Shown piece by piece: positions 22,460 to 35,481 of a stretch of 64,000 bases of DNA. Made by a program: the position numbers and the translations under genes. How positions within the stretch are numbered: the first letter of the stretch is position 1; each line of letters starts with the position of its first letter. This DNA is from Asterionella formosa (Eukaryota): assembly GCA_002256025.1 (NCBI GenBank), contig NKIB01008526.1:1-64000 (forward strand), in the 5' to 3' direction. The notes beneath the pieces are model-generated. The model did not search any database. It was not told where the DNA came from and saw only the letters and a program-made list of their open reading frames with translations.

Positions 22460-23128
22460 TTAGCCTTCTTTACTTGTCAATACAAATAAACCCATCATTC
22501 CAACCAGGACGTATTTCAGAACTGGATAGTCATTCAAAGCGATTGTCACCATGCCCACGTAACGGAGTGTGCCGACTGCCTTGCCCAAAATATCTTCTCG
22601 TTTCAACCACAACTGTCCAGGTGCATACAAACCTCGATCGTCGACTCGATTATTATCTCCCTTGGTCAACAATTCAACAATACCATCCGGCTTCTCGTGA
22701 ACCTTCAAAATCCGATGAACAATTGGAATATCTCTGTCTTTAATTTTAAAGACCACTACATCACCCACTCCCACTGCATGGACGGAATTGTCCAAAAAGA
22801 GAATATCACCTCGTTGAAATGCAGGTTCCATTGAACCTGACAAGACTACAACGACCGGTGATTCCGACTGCATATGGATGTAAATCGATGGGCAAAATGC
22901 ATGCCAACAAAGTTAGTCACTAACAAATCATTGAATATTTATCTCAGCAGATACGCTGTCTCTCCCAGCAACTATACATACCTTGGTCACAAACATCAAT
23001 CCCTTCCAAATCATCAAAGCAGAAAACACAATCATTGCCAAATTCAACACTTGAAATGTCAATTGCCGCTTGTTCGCCCAAAGCTTTTTCAGCTCCATCA
23101 CTTGCTTATCAATCATATCCTTGATCAT
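22460..23128 (-). CDS. SEC11: Signal peptidase complex catalytic subunit SEC11; exons 23128-22982, 22867-22460
   Basis: [26 protein letters not shown] and LLTKGDNN motifs. The 114-nt GTATGT...CAG intron keeps the frame. Confidence 0.95.
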
Positions 23129-23949
23129 CTTTCCGTTTGCTTGATGAGTCGGTATTTATAGTATGAGGATCTGTTTGATTGCTTGTTGTTGGAAAATCAA
23201 AAGTTGAACAATTCTTATTTCTTTTTACTGCTATTCACGTCGCTGCCACTTGTTGATGCAATCGATTACCATTTACCGGGTACTGTACTACCTGCTACTC
23301 CTGTCACCTGGTGCTGTACGTATCATGAGTAAACTAGAGATCGGTTGCTGCGTATGAAAGAGTTGTTGTTATGATGTACCTGGTAGCTCGTACTCCTACC
23401 GTGTAGTAGTACCTGGTAACTGGTTTATTAATTAGTACCAGTACCAGGTTATAGGTACCGGTATGAGGGTATACCCTGACCAGGCAAGTTGCCGTCATTT
23501 TGCTTTAACTAACATTTTAATCTGCGATAAAGATAGCTAAATCTTTAATCTCACCAAAATTACCGCAACTTGTACAGGTAACAACAGTACGTCAGGACAG
23601 GAGCTCAACAAGAATAAATTGAGAACGTCATCAACTGTCACTTTGAATCGACAGTACCAGGTATAACTTAAAACTGTCGAGCCACCATTCTTTTACTCCA
23701 TCTTCCAACTAAAATTTCTTGCTATACAGGGATCAAAACTTGATGCAAGTACAAAGTGTATGTTCGACAATGCTCTCTGCTGTAGCTACTATTAAGGAAT
23801 TAGTTTTGATTCAGTGCATTGAGCCATGAAGATATTATTTTTCCAAAGTCACTAAGATTGTTGCATAGCAGTGCTGGCTTACAGTGCATATTTTTCTATC
23901 TGTAAACTGATATAAATATTTCCACCCAAACCGTGTTTATTTTTACTCC

Positions 23950-25260
23950 ATTTATTACACAAAAATTTCTTTTCTTATTACAACATTTTACACTTTTGCA
24001 GGGCAGCATCATTGTCAGAGAAAACTTATGATGCATTCCATAAATCTTAAGCTTCTCATCCGATTACTTGCGGAGTCTGAAACTTTATTACGGAGGAATG
24101 GCGGCTCCGCAGTAGCATTCATAGCAAGAGAAAGAATAGCAACAGGAGAAGGTACAGCAACAACAACCAAAGCAGAAGGAGGTGTGCGTATGGAGAGGGA
24201 ATGGCGGCTGCTGGTCACCACAGTGAGTGGTGTCATCAAATCTTGTAATTAGGGCTTGCCTTTTTTGTGGAACCGGCAAATCACCTGATTGTTTGCACCA
24301 ATGCACAATTAATTTCAATTCTGCCACAGAAATTTGTTCTTTTGTTTTTTCCTGTTCCTTCAATGTAAGTACTTTTCCGCAAAGTACTATGTTGAACTCA
24401 TGCTGCCTTTTTGTTTCTTTTGTACTAATGACAATGTCCGAAATTCGCTTCTGTTCCAGTGTAGCAGCAAGAATATTTGGCCTAAGGGCAAAGGTTTGTG
24501 CAGGGATCAATAGTCCTGCTGTTATCCTCTTCTTGTGTCCCTCAATGTGGGCTTCGGAAGATTCCATTCTCTTTCTAGTTTGGGCCTCCCTGTTGATTCC
24601 ATTTTGCACATCCCCACATTTGCAAAACTCGTTAAACTTCCCCTCCAAATTTTTTTCTAGTAAAGCCAGTACTGAGGCTTAACTCATCAGGAGGGAGAGC
24701 GGCAGTAGCATCTGTGGGCGCATTGATGTTCTGTTGTGGTTGGGTTAATTGAATCTCAGGGTGAAGCATGACATTATAGTTCAGGGGATACCATCATCCT
24801 CGTTCGGAAATTGCTTTCCTGTTTGTCGCAACATTTGCAAATGAATTGTCCCATGCCATTTCACCGTCCCAAAATGTCGAGTAATCTCTTGCCCTGATCT
24901 GCTTTTTAAGGTGAGTAATTTGTGTTTTGTTTTTGTGATGTTCATTTTGAAACAACCGTTTTGCTCACTAATGCCTCTTGTACTACCATAAGGAAAGCCA
25001 ATACAGACTGTCCAATTCTGTAATGGGTTATTTATGTACTATTCAAGGAACAAAACGTCAAATCGAGACCCATGTCCATAAAGGATTAGGAATGGTTGGG
25101 GCCCATTGTTTCGAGGAAAGATGACAGAGTTTTCCATATGCTTTAGCATGCCAACCAGAAGCGCTGCAGTGATTGTGCCGTTTTCCTAAACACAGCAGTA
25201 TGTAGGCAATTGTTTCCTTTCCACATCACAGACTGGTCCTTGTGGATATCGTTTTCCCTT
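23950..25260 (-). mobile_element. pogo/Tc1-mariner-type (DDE_1-like) transposase remnant, C-terminal half
   Basis: Minus-strand translation gives KRYPQGPVC...ENGTITAALLVGML...PFLILYGHGSRFD..FLEYINNP..WTVCIGFPYG, then the C-terminal fragment 24088-24648. Contains stops and frameshifts. Confidence 0.65.
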
Positions 25261-28200
25261 TCACTCTTGCCATGTATGATGTAGCAGGATATCTTGGCTG
25301 GTTGGTAGCCCAGCATTCATAGGGTCATAGTAGGGAATAGTGAGAATGGGGGAGTCATCAATTAGGATTTGGGCATGTGCTGAAGAGATCACAAAAGCAT
25401 CACGGAAATTTTCAGTAGGACAAAAGATTTTCTGGGGAGAAAGCAAGCATTGCTTGCAGGCAGGAACATAAAAAGGCTTTTACACAATGAAGAGTAAGGA
25501 GGGTGCCATTATCAGAATAGAAAGACCATTTGACAGTTCCAATTCCTTCAGCCAACAACCAGACCAGAGGCGATATCGCCAAGTAACAAAGGAGTGGAGG
25601 GATTAATCATTCAGCCAAAAAATTCACCAGAGTACCCACTGACAGGACGAGTGGTACCAGTGTCCCAAATGACAGAAAAACGTGCAGTGATGTCATTGGA
25701 ATCCAGGAATGCCAAGGGAGGTCCTTCATTGATGAGAAAGACACTTGGGCAGTCATAATGTGTCATTGATTCAGAGTGGGAGCACAAACAGTGGGCAGTT
25801 GGAGGCTGAGGAAGAACCAAACCAGATGAGGCAAGAGAGGAGTTGTGAAAGTGTCGTACGTCCAAGTCAGATGGAGACATTGGATTAACAACATTATGGA
25901 ATGGATGCCAATACCAAACTGAAAAATTCATCTTTCTCAAGGGAAAGATCTGGATGATTTAAATCAGTAGGTTTACTTAGGGAAGGTAGGACATAAGCAG
26001 TTTTGTATGTAGAGACAAAGACTGCTTGTGTACCATAGCGATCCAGAAAAGCCCAGAAGGAAGCACCAAGTACCAATGCAGTGAACCACGACATACTGTA
26101 CATGAATCCACTGAGTATCATCATATTAACTGGTTGAAAGCAGGCCAGGATCTTGACATTGTTTTCTCTAGGATGATACAACATATCAAGAATTGTAGTA
26201 GGATGGCCAACAGAAACAAATTTCTGTTGGCAGGTTTTTCAGGTCGGGACCACAGTATCAGTAGTTGCAGAAAAAATTGGAGAAGTAAAGGCTGTCACAG
26301 CAGGGATAGTAGCAATTGAAGACCAATCAAATTCATGGTCATAGCAAGAAGCGAAAAAACCAGCAGGATTGTACATCAAAACACCATCTTCTGCTGGAGA
26401 CTCATTGTCAACTCCAGCTATGTTGGCAGCAGCTGTAAAGGTAACAGTTTTTGGATTCCCTTTGTGAGTCTCAGTGCCATGAGTATGAGACCAACGCCCT
26501 TCTCCTCCACGGCATTTGTTGCACCAATGCCACTGGCGACCATCTTTGGTCATAGAAAATTTTCCATCAGTAGCTAGGTGGAACATTTTGCCAAGAGTTC
26601 TCAGGGTAAGTGGTTGTCTTGTCAGGACAGTTGGGACAAAGATGACCAAGTTTGCCACACTTGTAATAAGTAGTTTTAGAGAGGTTCCGGCCAGACCCAG
26701 CACTAGGCTTGGTCCCAAAATCTTTGCGGAGGGCTTTAAGTTCATCAGCAAGGGCTTGAAAAGCAGTAGGAAAAACTGTAGCCTGGAATGCAGCTGGTAG
26801 GGAATCTGACTGCTTCTTGGGAACAGTTTGGGAAGGTGGCCATTGGCCGTCCATTGTCCATGAGAAATTTGTACTGTGTGAGTGCCATATCAAATAGTGT
26901 CTTGACTCCACTTGGTGTAGCCTGGAATTTGACAAGGGAATCATTATCTTTACCCATGAGACCCCATTCTTCAGTATCAATCTTGACAGAGATTGTATAG
27001 AATACAGCACGAAATTCCTCAACTTGACAGAGTAGGAGTTTGGTAGCAATAATGCTGGAGGCAGTGATAGGAAGACATTGTCCACTCTTGTTTAGTAATT
27101 TAAATGAAGCTTGAATATCATGGACCACGAGGTGGACATTTTTGCTGGGGTAATCAGAAAGTTGGATCTTCTTAAAATAATCCAAGATGCCATTCATTGC
27201 CTGAGATGAACCAGAGGTGACTTCATCCATGAAGGCCATCCAGAGGAGGAGGCCTGGACCACGATTCCCATACTCATCAAGACATTCAAGGAGACCTGTT
27301 AGGAGTTTTGGGAGACCATGTAGCATACAATCAGACGCCAAAGGTGGGAAGAATCATCCAATGCCTGATCATCAAAATCTGACGTGACTTGGTGAGAGAA
27401 TCAGCTGTGGGATTTCCAGTTTTTGTGTCAATGTCTGGTGTGAATGTCTCAAGACCAATACAATGATCAACATATTTCTTTGTCTCTTCAAAAGTAAGTC
27501 GAGTATGGTGTCTGGTCATACACCAAACTTTCCCAGAACTGTCAGGGGCATAGAGGAAAGTGTCCACACCGCCAGTCTCTGCATCATTTTAAATAAGAGT
27601 GCAGAGCTGAGAAAGAGTGATAGTATTGATAGGGTCACCATTGGGGCCATTGTAAAGCTTTTCACATTTTTGAGTAAAGAACTTAAATGCGGTCTTGATG
27701 TCCCTGGAATCATCTGAATGGATCTGGTAAGTAGACCACATTGGTTTCTTGGTGATAGTAAGAAAGTCATCATTCAGTTGCCCTCCAGAGTACTGTTTGA
27801 CAAGAAGAGTACCAGTGGTCACTTGGCCAAACTTGGTAGGTAGAATAGTAGTAATAATAGTGGATACTGACATTGTAAGGAAGTTGAGGTGTATGGGAAA
27901 GATAAACAAGCAGTGATAAAGAAAGATAGTGAAGAAAAGAAAAAAGGACTGTGCAATTGTCTCAGTGGGCTATACCAAGAAGTAATAAAGAAAAGAAAAA
28001 AGGACCAGGCGATTGTCTCAATGGGCAAATACCAGGTAACAATGAAAGAAAATGCAATGAAGTTTGCTGAAAGAAGTTTGACACTATTGCTGGGACAAGA
28101 AAATGAACATGGTTTTAGAAAATGGCTCTGGGAACAAAGGAGCAGGAGAAACCAACTGAAAAATGAGCAGGTATAATTGTTTTGGGCTTATAACCACTTG

Positions 28201-28283
28201 AAAGAGAAGTCATAGATTAAACTGAAAGGAGTTCGACTTATTGAAAAATAGTATATATATCTCGATGTATATACTCAGCAACA
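25261..28283 (-). mobile_element. 3'-truncated Ty1/copia element (short LTR, PBS, gag, protease)
   Basis: TG...CA segment 28283-28199 followed by GGTTATAAGCCCA (copia-like PBS). Gag zinc knuckle YKCGKLGHLCPNC and WHWCNKC...WSHTHGTETH. Protease VIWDTG, then EGIGTVKW and LLSPQ. Confidence 0.75.
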
Positions 28284-29080
28284 TCGCCTAGGCAGTGGAT
28301 CGAAGGAGGATCACGGTGAACTTGGAGAATGTTGTTGGATAGATCTGACTCTTTTGGTATTTCCAAGTAAAGTGACCTAATAGAATTAACTTTTAGCAAA
28401 CCAAACCAACAAAACTAAGTCATATATAAGTAAATCGACACATGTTCATGACAAGACTCAAAGATTGATTCATATATGAGGAAAGATTGATGCATGTTCA
28501 TGACTAGACCCAAAAAGGTCATGACTGGGCTAGTTTTGAGACACAAACAAGATTCATTTGACTGATCTGTCTCAACGGTATATACAGGTATATACCCTGG
28601 ACACTGAACCTTGAAACAATGGTATAAGTCATCGTTCATCATTCATCATTCATCGTAATTATGTCAGCAACAACTACAACAAATCACTGACAATTTGACA
28701 ACAGTGATCATGACATCTTTCCCTCAATTGCTATGTATACTAATCAAATACATAGAATCGAATTTTCATTAGCTTATTGTAAACGATTTTAATTGTAGCT
28801 ACTACTTTTTTTAGATATAGCAGAAACAGTAAAATCGGAAACCCACAAGTGGCCTCGACAACAAAGAACGATATCTCCATGCCTCGTTGTTGCATTGAAA
28901 TGCGTCTTATTTGTTCATATGCGCCGTCTTACAATGCTCCATTGTCTACAAGAGATCAGGCACAAAACAAAAATTGATTTGAAATTCACTATTTATCTGT
29001 TCAGAATAGTTGGATCATGTGATCGTCATCGTCATATGGTTGTTTCCACCACCAAGTCACCATACTCAGAGTACTTTTCA

Positions 29081-29481
29081 ATTGAGTCCACATTTGCTAA
29101 AGAATTAATTAATTCCCATAGAGGAATCATTCTATTTCATTTGTATAAATGGTACCGTAGTCGATGGACTGACAAGAACATTCATGTAGCTCCCCTCCAT
29201 CCTGCTACCATTACTGGTACCTGGTACATAACCCTAACGGGTAGGCTAAAAAAACATCCCCTAACCCTAATGTAATTGAGTCCACATTTGCTAAAGAATT
29301 AATTAATTCCCATATAGGAATCATTCTATATCATTTGTATAAATGGTACCAGGTACCATAGTCGATGGACTGACAAGAACATTTATGTAGCTCCCCTCCA
29401 TCCTGCTGCTACCGTTACTGGTACCTGGTACATAACCCTAACGGGTAGGCTAAAAAAACATCCCCTAACCCTAATGTAATT
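29081..29481 (+). repeat. Tandem duplication of a ~195-205 bp unit
   Basis: ATTGAGTCCACATTTGCTAAAG...CCCTAACCCTAATGTAATT occurs twice, starting at 29081 and ~29275. Confidence 0.85.
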
Positions 29482-29818
29482 AGAAGTTTGTTTGCTGCTT
29501 TAGTTTAAGCAAGATTCACGTTCATTGCTTAAGGTTGCGGCCACGGCTTAACCCTAGCTTGGAGAAAAAATCGCTAGGGTTGTAAAAACGGCATGGAACA
29601 GGGAGTTTCCTACCATAGATTCCCATGATTCAAGTGTCCATTTGAATATTTGAATTAAATAGGAATCGGCGCCAGATTGACAGAGTTCCATTTCAAACAA
29701 ACAAAAATGATTTTTAAACGTTGACACTATATCTTCATTGCTGGATGTAGACATGATTTTGCTCAATGCCAAAACACATATATAAATCAGGAGTATGCCA
29801 ACATGTATGCTCATGGTT

Positions 29819-30124
29819 TGTCCACGGGCCAACGCCCCGACGGGTAGGGCAGACTGCATACTGGTCAAGACTGGGGCTGCACACAGGTTTTTAGTGAGTG
29901 AAAGTCTCACACTACCTCGCCCAGGTGAGAGGGGCGGGGTGCCTCACCGGACACTGGGACATGATTGGATGATGGGGTGCCTCAAAAACATTCCTGAACA
30001 CATGAACTGGTGGGAGGAGTTCGAATCCTCCCATGATGCCCCCGAGCACCCCACATCGATGGGGCAGGCGGGCAAAGCGGCCGGATAGGTTTTCTCCTGG
30101 CGCCTTGGAACAGCCAAAAAAAAA
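29819..30124 (+). mobile_element. Retroposed GC-rich insert (SINE-like) with A9 tail and 10-bp TSD
   Basis: GCTCATGGTT at 29809-29818 and 30125-30134 flanks the insert. The uninterrupted site is present in the sister copies near 31112 and 31530. Confidence 0.8.
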
Positions 30125-30692
30125 GCTCATGGTTCGTGTTTATGCGTTATATTGAATCTACGCTGAAGTATGTTGGTTAAATAAAGATCAGCGCGGTACC
30201 AGGTACCGAATTACCAGAGAACCGGTACCTGGTACCAGGTAGTACCAGGTACATATTCTCGGTTCATGACGATGGAAGACAGGATAAAACCAGTACCGGT
30301 GTACCGGTACTGATTTTACCTGCTGGTATGGTAAATGTAATACCGGTAAATGTGGTTCAAGCGTGGCTGGCGTGATTTTACAAGACCGGAATACTTCAGC
30401 CAATCTGGAGCAGGTAAGTAAATTCAATTCAACCAATCAGAATATGTGTAGTGACGCGGCAAAGTACCCTGGAGTCTTTTCGGACTGAGAATTATTCAGC
30501 GAAACATACCTACGCAAGACTCCAAGTATACGAGAACATTTTTGCACGTACAAATTCTGATTCCAATATTTTGGCGACGGTTGAAAAAGCCGATCGGGTC
30601 GACTCTTTCGAGGAGGATTGCTCTACATCTACAGGGTTTGATGAAGAATGAAATAGATAGCCGTGTAGTACCCTATAACGTCAGGAGTTAAC

Positions 30693-30812
30693 TTCTGCAG
30701 AGAAGTGGCAGTTATCCCTCGTAGATTTTTTAAAAGCTTGATGGCCCCCGTTTTAAACTATTTTTTGGATAGTTACGATTCCAAGAGGGATAACTGCCAC
30801 TTCTCTCCAGAA
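30693..30812. repeat. Small MITE-like inverted repeat
   Basis: Perfect 22-bp IR AGAGAAGTGGCAGTTATCCCTC (30699-30720) / GAGGGATAACTGCCACTTCTCT (30785-30806), extendable with one mismatch. Confidence 0.7.
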
Positions 30813-31812
30813 ATGAGGTCCTTACCATATCAGTATATAGATCATACCCCTAAGTCGACCCATGACTGTATCTAAGCATATGCAAAGGGGTCGTATTGGT
30901 GAAAGCTAATTTTACTTTTAACTATTTTATTTCGTTGCTCGTACTGTGTGGATTGAAGTACGTAATAAAATTATTTTGGAAAAAAACAGACCTCGTGATG
31001 TGTAACTGCGGGGCCGCAACCTTAAGCTTATGGTTGCGGCCCCGGCTTAACCCTAGTTTGGAGAAAATATCGCTAGGGTTGTAGTATAAATCAGGAGTAT
31101 TCCAACATGCATGCTTATGGTTCGTGTTTATACGTTATATTGAATGTACGCTGCTGTATGTTGGTTTAATAAAGATCAGCGCGGTAATAGGTACCAAAGT
31201 ACTGGTACCAGAATACAGGTGTACCGGTATTACATATTCTCGGTTCATGAGGATGGACGACAGGATGAAACTAGTACCGTTGTACCGGTACTGATTTTAC
31301 CTGCTGGTATGGCACATCTAATACGTGTGGTTCAAGTGTGGCTGGCGTGATTTTACAAGACCGGAATACTTCAGCCAATCTGGGGCAGGTAAGTAAATTC
31401 AATTCAACCAATCAGAATATGTGTAGTGACGCGGCAAAGTAACTCTGGTACGTCGGTACCTGGTACCGTGCTGATCTTTATTAAACCAACATCCAGCAGC
31501 GAAGATTCAATATAACGTTTAAACACGAACCATGAGGATACATGTTGGCATACTCCTGTTTTATATATGTGTTTTGGCGTTGAGCAAAATCATGTCTACA
31601 GACAGCAATGTAAATATAGTATTAACGTTTAAAAATCATTTTTGTTTGTTTCAAATGGAACTCTATCAATCTGGCGCCGATTCCTATTAAATTCAAATAT
31701 TCAAATGGACACTCGAATCATGGGAATTCATCGTAGGAAACTCCCTGTTCCACGCCGATTTCACAACCCTAGCGATATATTCTCCAAACTAGGGTTAAGC
31801 GGGGGCCGCAAC

Positions 31813-31911
31813 CTTAAGTTTAAAGCAAGGTGTCGGTTTCCTGCTTAAGTTTAAGCAAGGTGTCAGTTTCCTGCTTAAGTTTAAGCAAGATGTCAGTTTC
31901 CTGCTTAAGTT
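31813..31911 (+). repeat. 30-bp tandem repeat, ~3.3 units
   Basis: CTTAAGTTTAAGCAAGGTGTCAGTTTCCTG repeated. Confidence 0.85.
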
Positions 31912-34335
31912 AAAAGTTTCTTCGGTGAGAAGGCTGGCGTGCATGCATTTTACCCCGCCGGTCCATCCCAAAGGATGTTAACGTATAACGACTTAAGTTT
32001 TTGCGGTGAGTTTTGAAAAGTGTAACGAAAATTCACTTTTCATGTGTAAAAGCACGTTTTCCGCATGTCCCAGGGCTGGCAGTGCCAGGAAGCGCTACGC
32101 GGTCTACCCTTCTAGCAAATGAGTAGTCTCAAAGCGCTTAATATAAGTGAAGTTTAAAAAATTGAATACAGGAAACAACCGTGGCTGAGCTGTTTCAAAA
32201 TCCCAATAGTACGCAAGTTTTTTTAAATGCTAGAACTTCAGGCATATTGACATATTGTTTTGGGGTACATGTGTACAACTCTTTCCATCATCGTTGCAGT
32301 TGTGGTAATGTTTTCGGAAGGTGCAGTGATATGAACAATTGATTGGGAAAATTGATTTCACAAAACTGACAGGCACACTTTTCAGCAAAAAGATTCGTCC
32401 GGATTGTTCGTGTTGATGTTCTCAATAGATTGTTTTTCTTGAATAAATGAATCAATAAAACAATGATTTCTTGTTTTAATCGATTTATTCTCAGACAAAG
32501 CAGAAAGTGCATTAGCTGCAATCAAATATCTCCCATACGTAGCCTTCTCAGTTTCAAGGTTATCATCTTATGTAGATTGCTTCTCCTTGGGTATCAATAG
32601 TAAATCCTTGGACAGAGTCGGAAACATTAGTAGATGAATTGTTGTCATCTACTACTGATAAATCGTCTTGATGATTAAGGAAACTTTTTTCAAGGATTTC
32701 ATGATATTCAACTTAGTCTTTTGGAATAGAAGCAACACTTAGGCTGAAATATGAATCGAAATTACTTTCAACATAATTGTCCTTGCCGGGAATGTCTCTT
32801 ATATTTTCGGTTCTTTCATTCGTCGTAATTACTCTTTTTTTAAAGAATTACTGGCTATCACTAGTATGTTGTTCATCATCAGCAAGGATAAGGGGAGAAG
32901 GAGCAAAATATGATGCAGGCAGCACTGACTTTGGAAAAATAGACTTTTCTTCCGAAAGAACCAAGTGCTTTGGTTTCACTTTCGGAAGCAATTTTTCTTT
33001 TCTTTGTAATCACGCCACTATCGAATCTGCATACTTTATTCCTTTATCTGGAGAAAGGAGATATATATTTTCGACTTCATTTGGTCTGTGTGTTGTCACA
33101 AATAATTGTTCTACTGCTTGAAGAGATTGTTCTATTTTCTTGTCCAATGTCAATAGGTTCCAAAGTGTAAAAGGGGGACGTTTCTCACTTCTCGCAGATT
33201 TTTCCGTATCATTCCTTTTTCATTTTTGGAATTTTCCAACGTGATAGATGGTAAATAAACACCAAAAACAATTGATGAGCGAAGAGCTTGGTAACACCAC
33301 AATCCAACAGAGTAAAACTAAATTGTATGCATACATAGGCAATAGTCCTGCCTGGTGGCTGTTTAGGTTAAGACAATATAACCGTGAGTGATTGTACAAG
33401 TGATGACATGGTGTTATATTATACATCAGCGCAACACAATAGCCATATCCTAGACTACATGGTACCACCTCAAAACTGAGAGTCAACATTCAGAAGATTT
33501 TGAAGTGAGAGTCAATCATGTTAAGTCGAGTAAATTCACGTTTTGGAAGAAATGTGCTAGATACGAACATAATTATTCAAGGAATGTTGTAGCGATTTAT
33601 ATACTAACCAATAATGATCATGCGTTGAACTCGTCAATTAGTTTGCGTTATTTCCATATTTAGTCCCAAAGGTTGCTGCTGTCGACGAGAAATGTAATAA
33701 AAAAAACTAAAATAATTTTTACTCCATTCAGCTGGCATCACCTTACATATATGTATGCAGGTATCAGAAAGTATTTCCGTCGATAGATTCATTTAGTGTC
33801 CGAACAATTTTTTTTGTCAGAGCAAAATATGCAAAGACGTCATTTTGCTTACCCCTCTATCTAAATCGAGAACATCAGCTGCGACCTCTCAGCGTGACGA
33901 GTACCTGAAACAGTACATGCGAGATTTTTTCAAGAAATCACCACAATCACCTATGATATGAGTTGAAACAAGAGGAGGACCACCGGACAGATGAGAACTT
34001 GAAGTGATTGATATGGTCAAGGTATTATTAATATGATTTATACCGACTGCATTATTGAGGTCAAATTCTGTTTTCCTATGTGCTCCCATCAGTTGTCTGG
34101 TGCACATATCATCACCAGAATCACAAGTATTCAATTATACCAGCAGCAGTCAGCAGCAGTCAGCATCAGTTCCAAATGTTGTTGTCTGTACTCAGCAACC
34201 AAAATTTACTTCAGACATCCAATAAAGTAAGACCATGTCTAATATAAAAGCAGGTCACGAGAAATTTCAGAAGCCATGGATGGTATACTGAATCCTCTGT
34301 ACTAGGTACAAACAAAGAAGTAATTCACAAATAAT

Positions 34336-35366
34336 TTATTTATGGATAAATTGAGCATCACGCTTTTCCAAGAAGGCAGTCATTCCCTCCTTCTGATCAT
34401 AAGTTGCAAACAAAGAATGAAAGAGACGTCGCTCAAACTGAAGCCCTTGCTGTAAACTAAGTTCGTCAGCTGCATTTACTGCTTCCTTCGCCATCATTGT
34501 GGATATGCGACCCTTGCTGGCAATTACCTTGGCAACTTTGATAGTTTCATTCAAAAGGTCATCAGCTGGGAAAACCTTGGCCACCAAACCAGCATCAAAT
34601 GCTTGTTGTGCTGTCATTCTTTCACCAGTCAGAATCATGTTCCTGAAATGCAACATTGGGTAAAAAATATATTTTGAGGAAAGTAACCCAAACAATTTGA
34701 ATCCATGAATTTCACTCACATTGCTTTACTTTTCCCAATCGCTTTGACAAGGCGTTGGGTGCCTCCAGCACCTGGAATTACTCCTGAAAATCATATACAT
34801 TCAGATGGGTTAAAAGGGGAAACCAAAAGTCAATGCACATTAGCACACTTTATCGCCTAACCTAGATTAATCTCTGGCTGTCCAAATTGCGCCTTATCGC
34901 CTGCAAACATGATGTCACACATCATGGCCAATTCACAACCCCCTCCCAGGGCAAATCCATTGACAGCGGCGATTACAGGCTTCTTGAGGGTTGAAAATTG
35001 GGCCCACTGGGCAAACTGATTCTGTTTGTAGACTTGATCAAATGTACGAGTACTCATTTCCTGAATATCTGCTCCGGCAGCAAAGGCTTTTGCAGACCCA
35101 GTCAACACAATACATCCAATATGGTCGTCTTGGTCCAAAGCTTGACCAGCGTGAATGAGATCGTCAAACAAATCGTCACAGAGGGCATTTAGAGCTTTGG
35201 GGCGATTCAAGGTAATGAGGCCAACACCATTTTCTCCTTTTAAGTCTAAATGACGTTCGACTTTAACATATTCATAGTCATCTCGGAGCAAAGTTGCGAG
35301 ATGGCGCTGAATGCGAGAACTGGTCGGACGGGCCTTGATGAGAGACGAAGCTGTTGTGAACAACAT
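34336..35366 (-). CDS. Mitochondrial enoyl-CoA hydratase (crotonase family, ECHS1-like); exons 35366-34862, 34783-34720, 34642-34336
   Basis: LNRPKALNAL, AFAAGADI, GFALGGGCELAMMCD and FGQPEINLGVIPGAGGTQRL motifs. Two GT-AG introns restore the frame. R/S/T-rich presequence. Confidence 0.93.
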
Positions 35367-35481
35367 ACCGGCAGAAGCGATGATCGATTGTGCCGTCCTG
35401 TTCCATCATAAATACTGTACCTGGTACCTGGTACCCTAATAATAGATTTACCAGTATGGTACTACAGAGTAACTGTGTACG

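Larger units (their letters stand above)
29526..31816. mobile_element. Fold-back cluster of a non-autonomous repeat (two direct copies plus one inverted copy)
   Basis: 31455-31816 is the reverse complement of 29528-30208 without its insert. 31025-31447 is an internally deleted direct copy of 29528-30470. Confidence 0.75.

Noticed and set aside
29231..29475. Telomere or chromosome end from CCCTAA motifs
   Set aside because: Only 1-2 units at a time, internal to a tandem duplication.
31813..31911. CRISPR array
   Set aside because: Head-to-tail 30-bp units with no unique spacers, no cas genes, eukaryotic context.
32000..33240. Minus-strand gene or transposase
   Set aside because: Protein-like fragments, but with many stops and no recognisable motif; cannot be supported.
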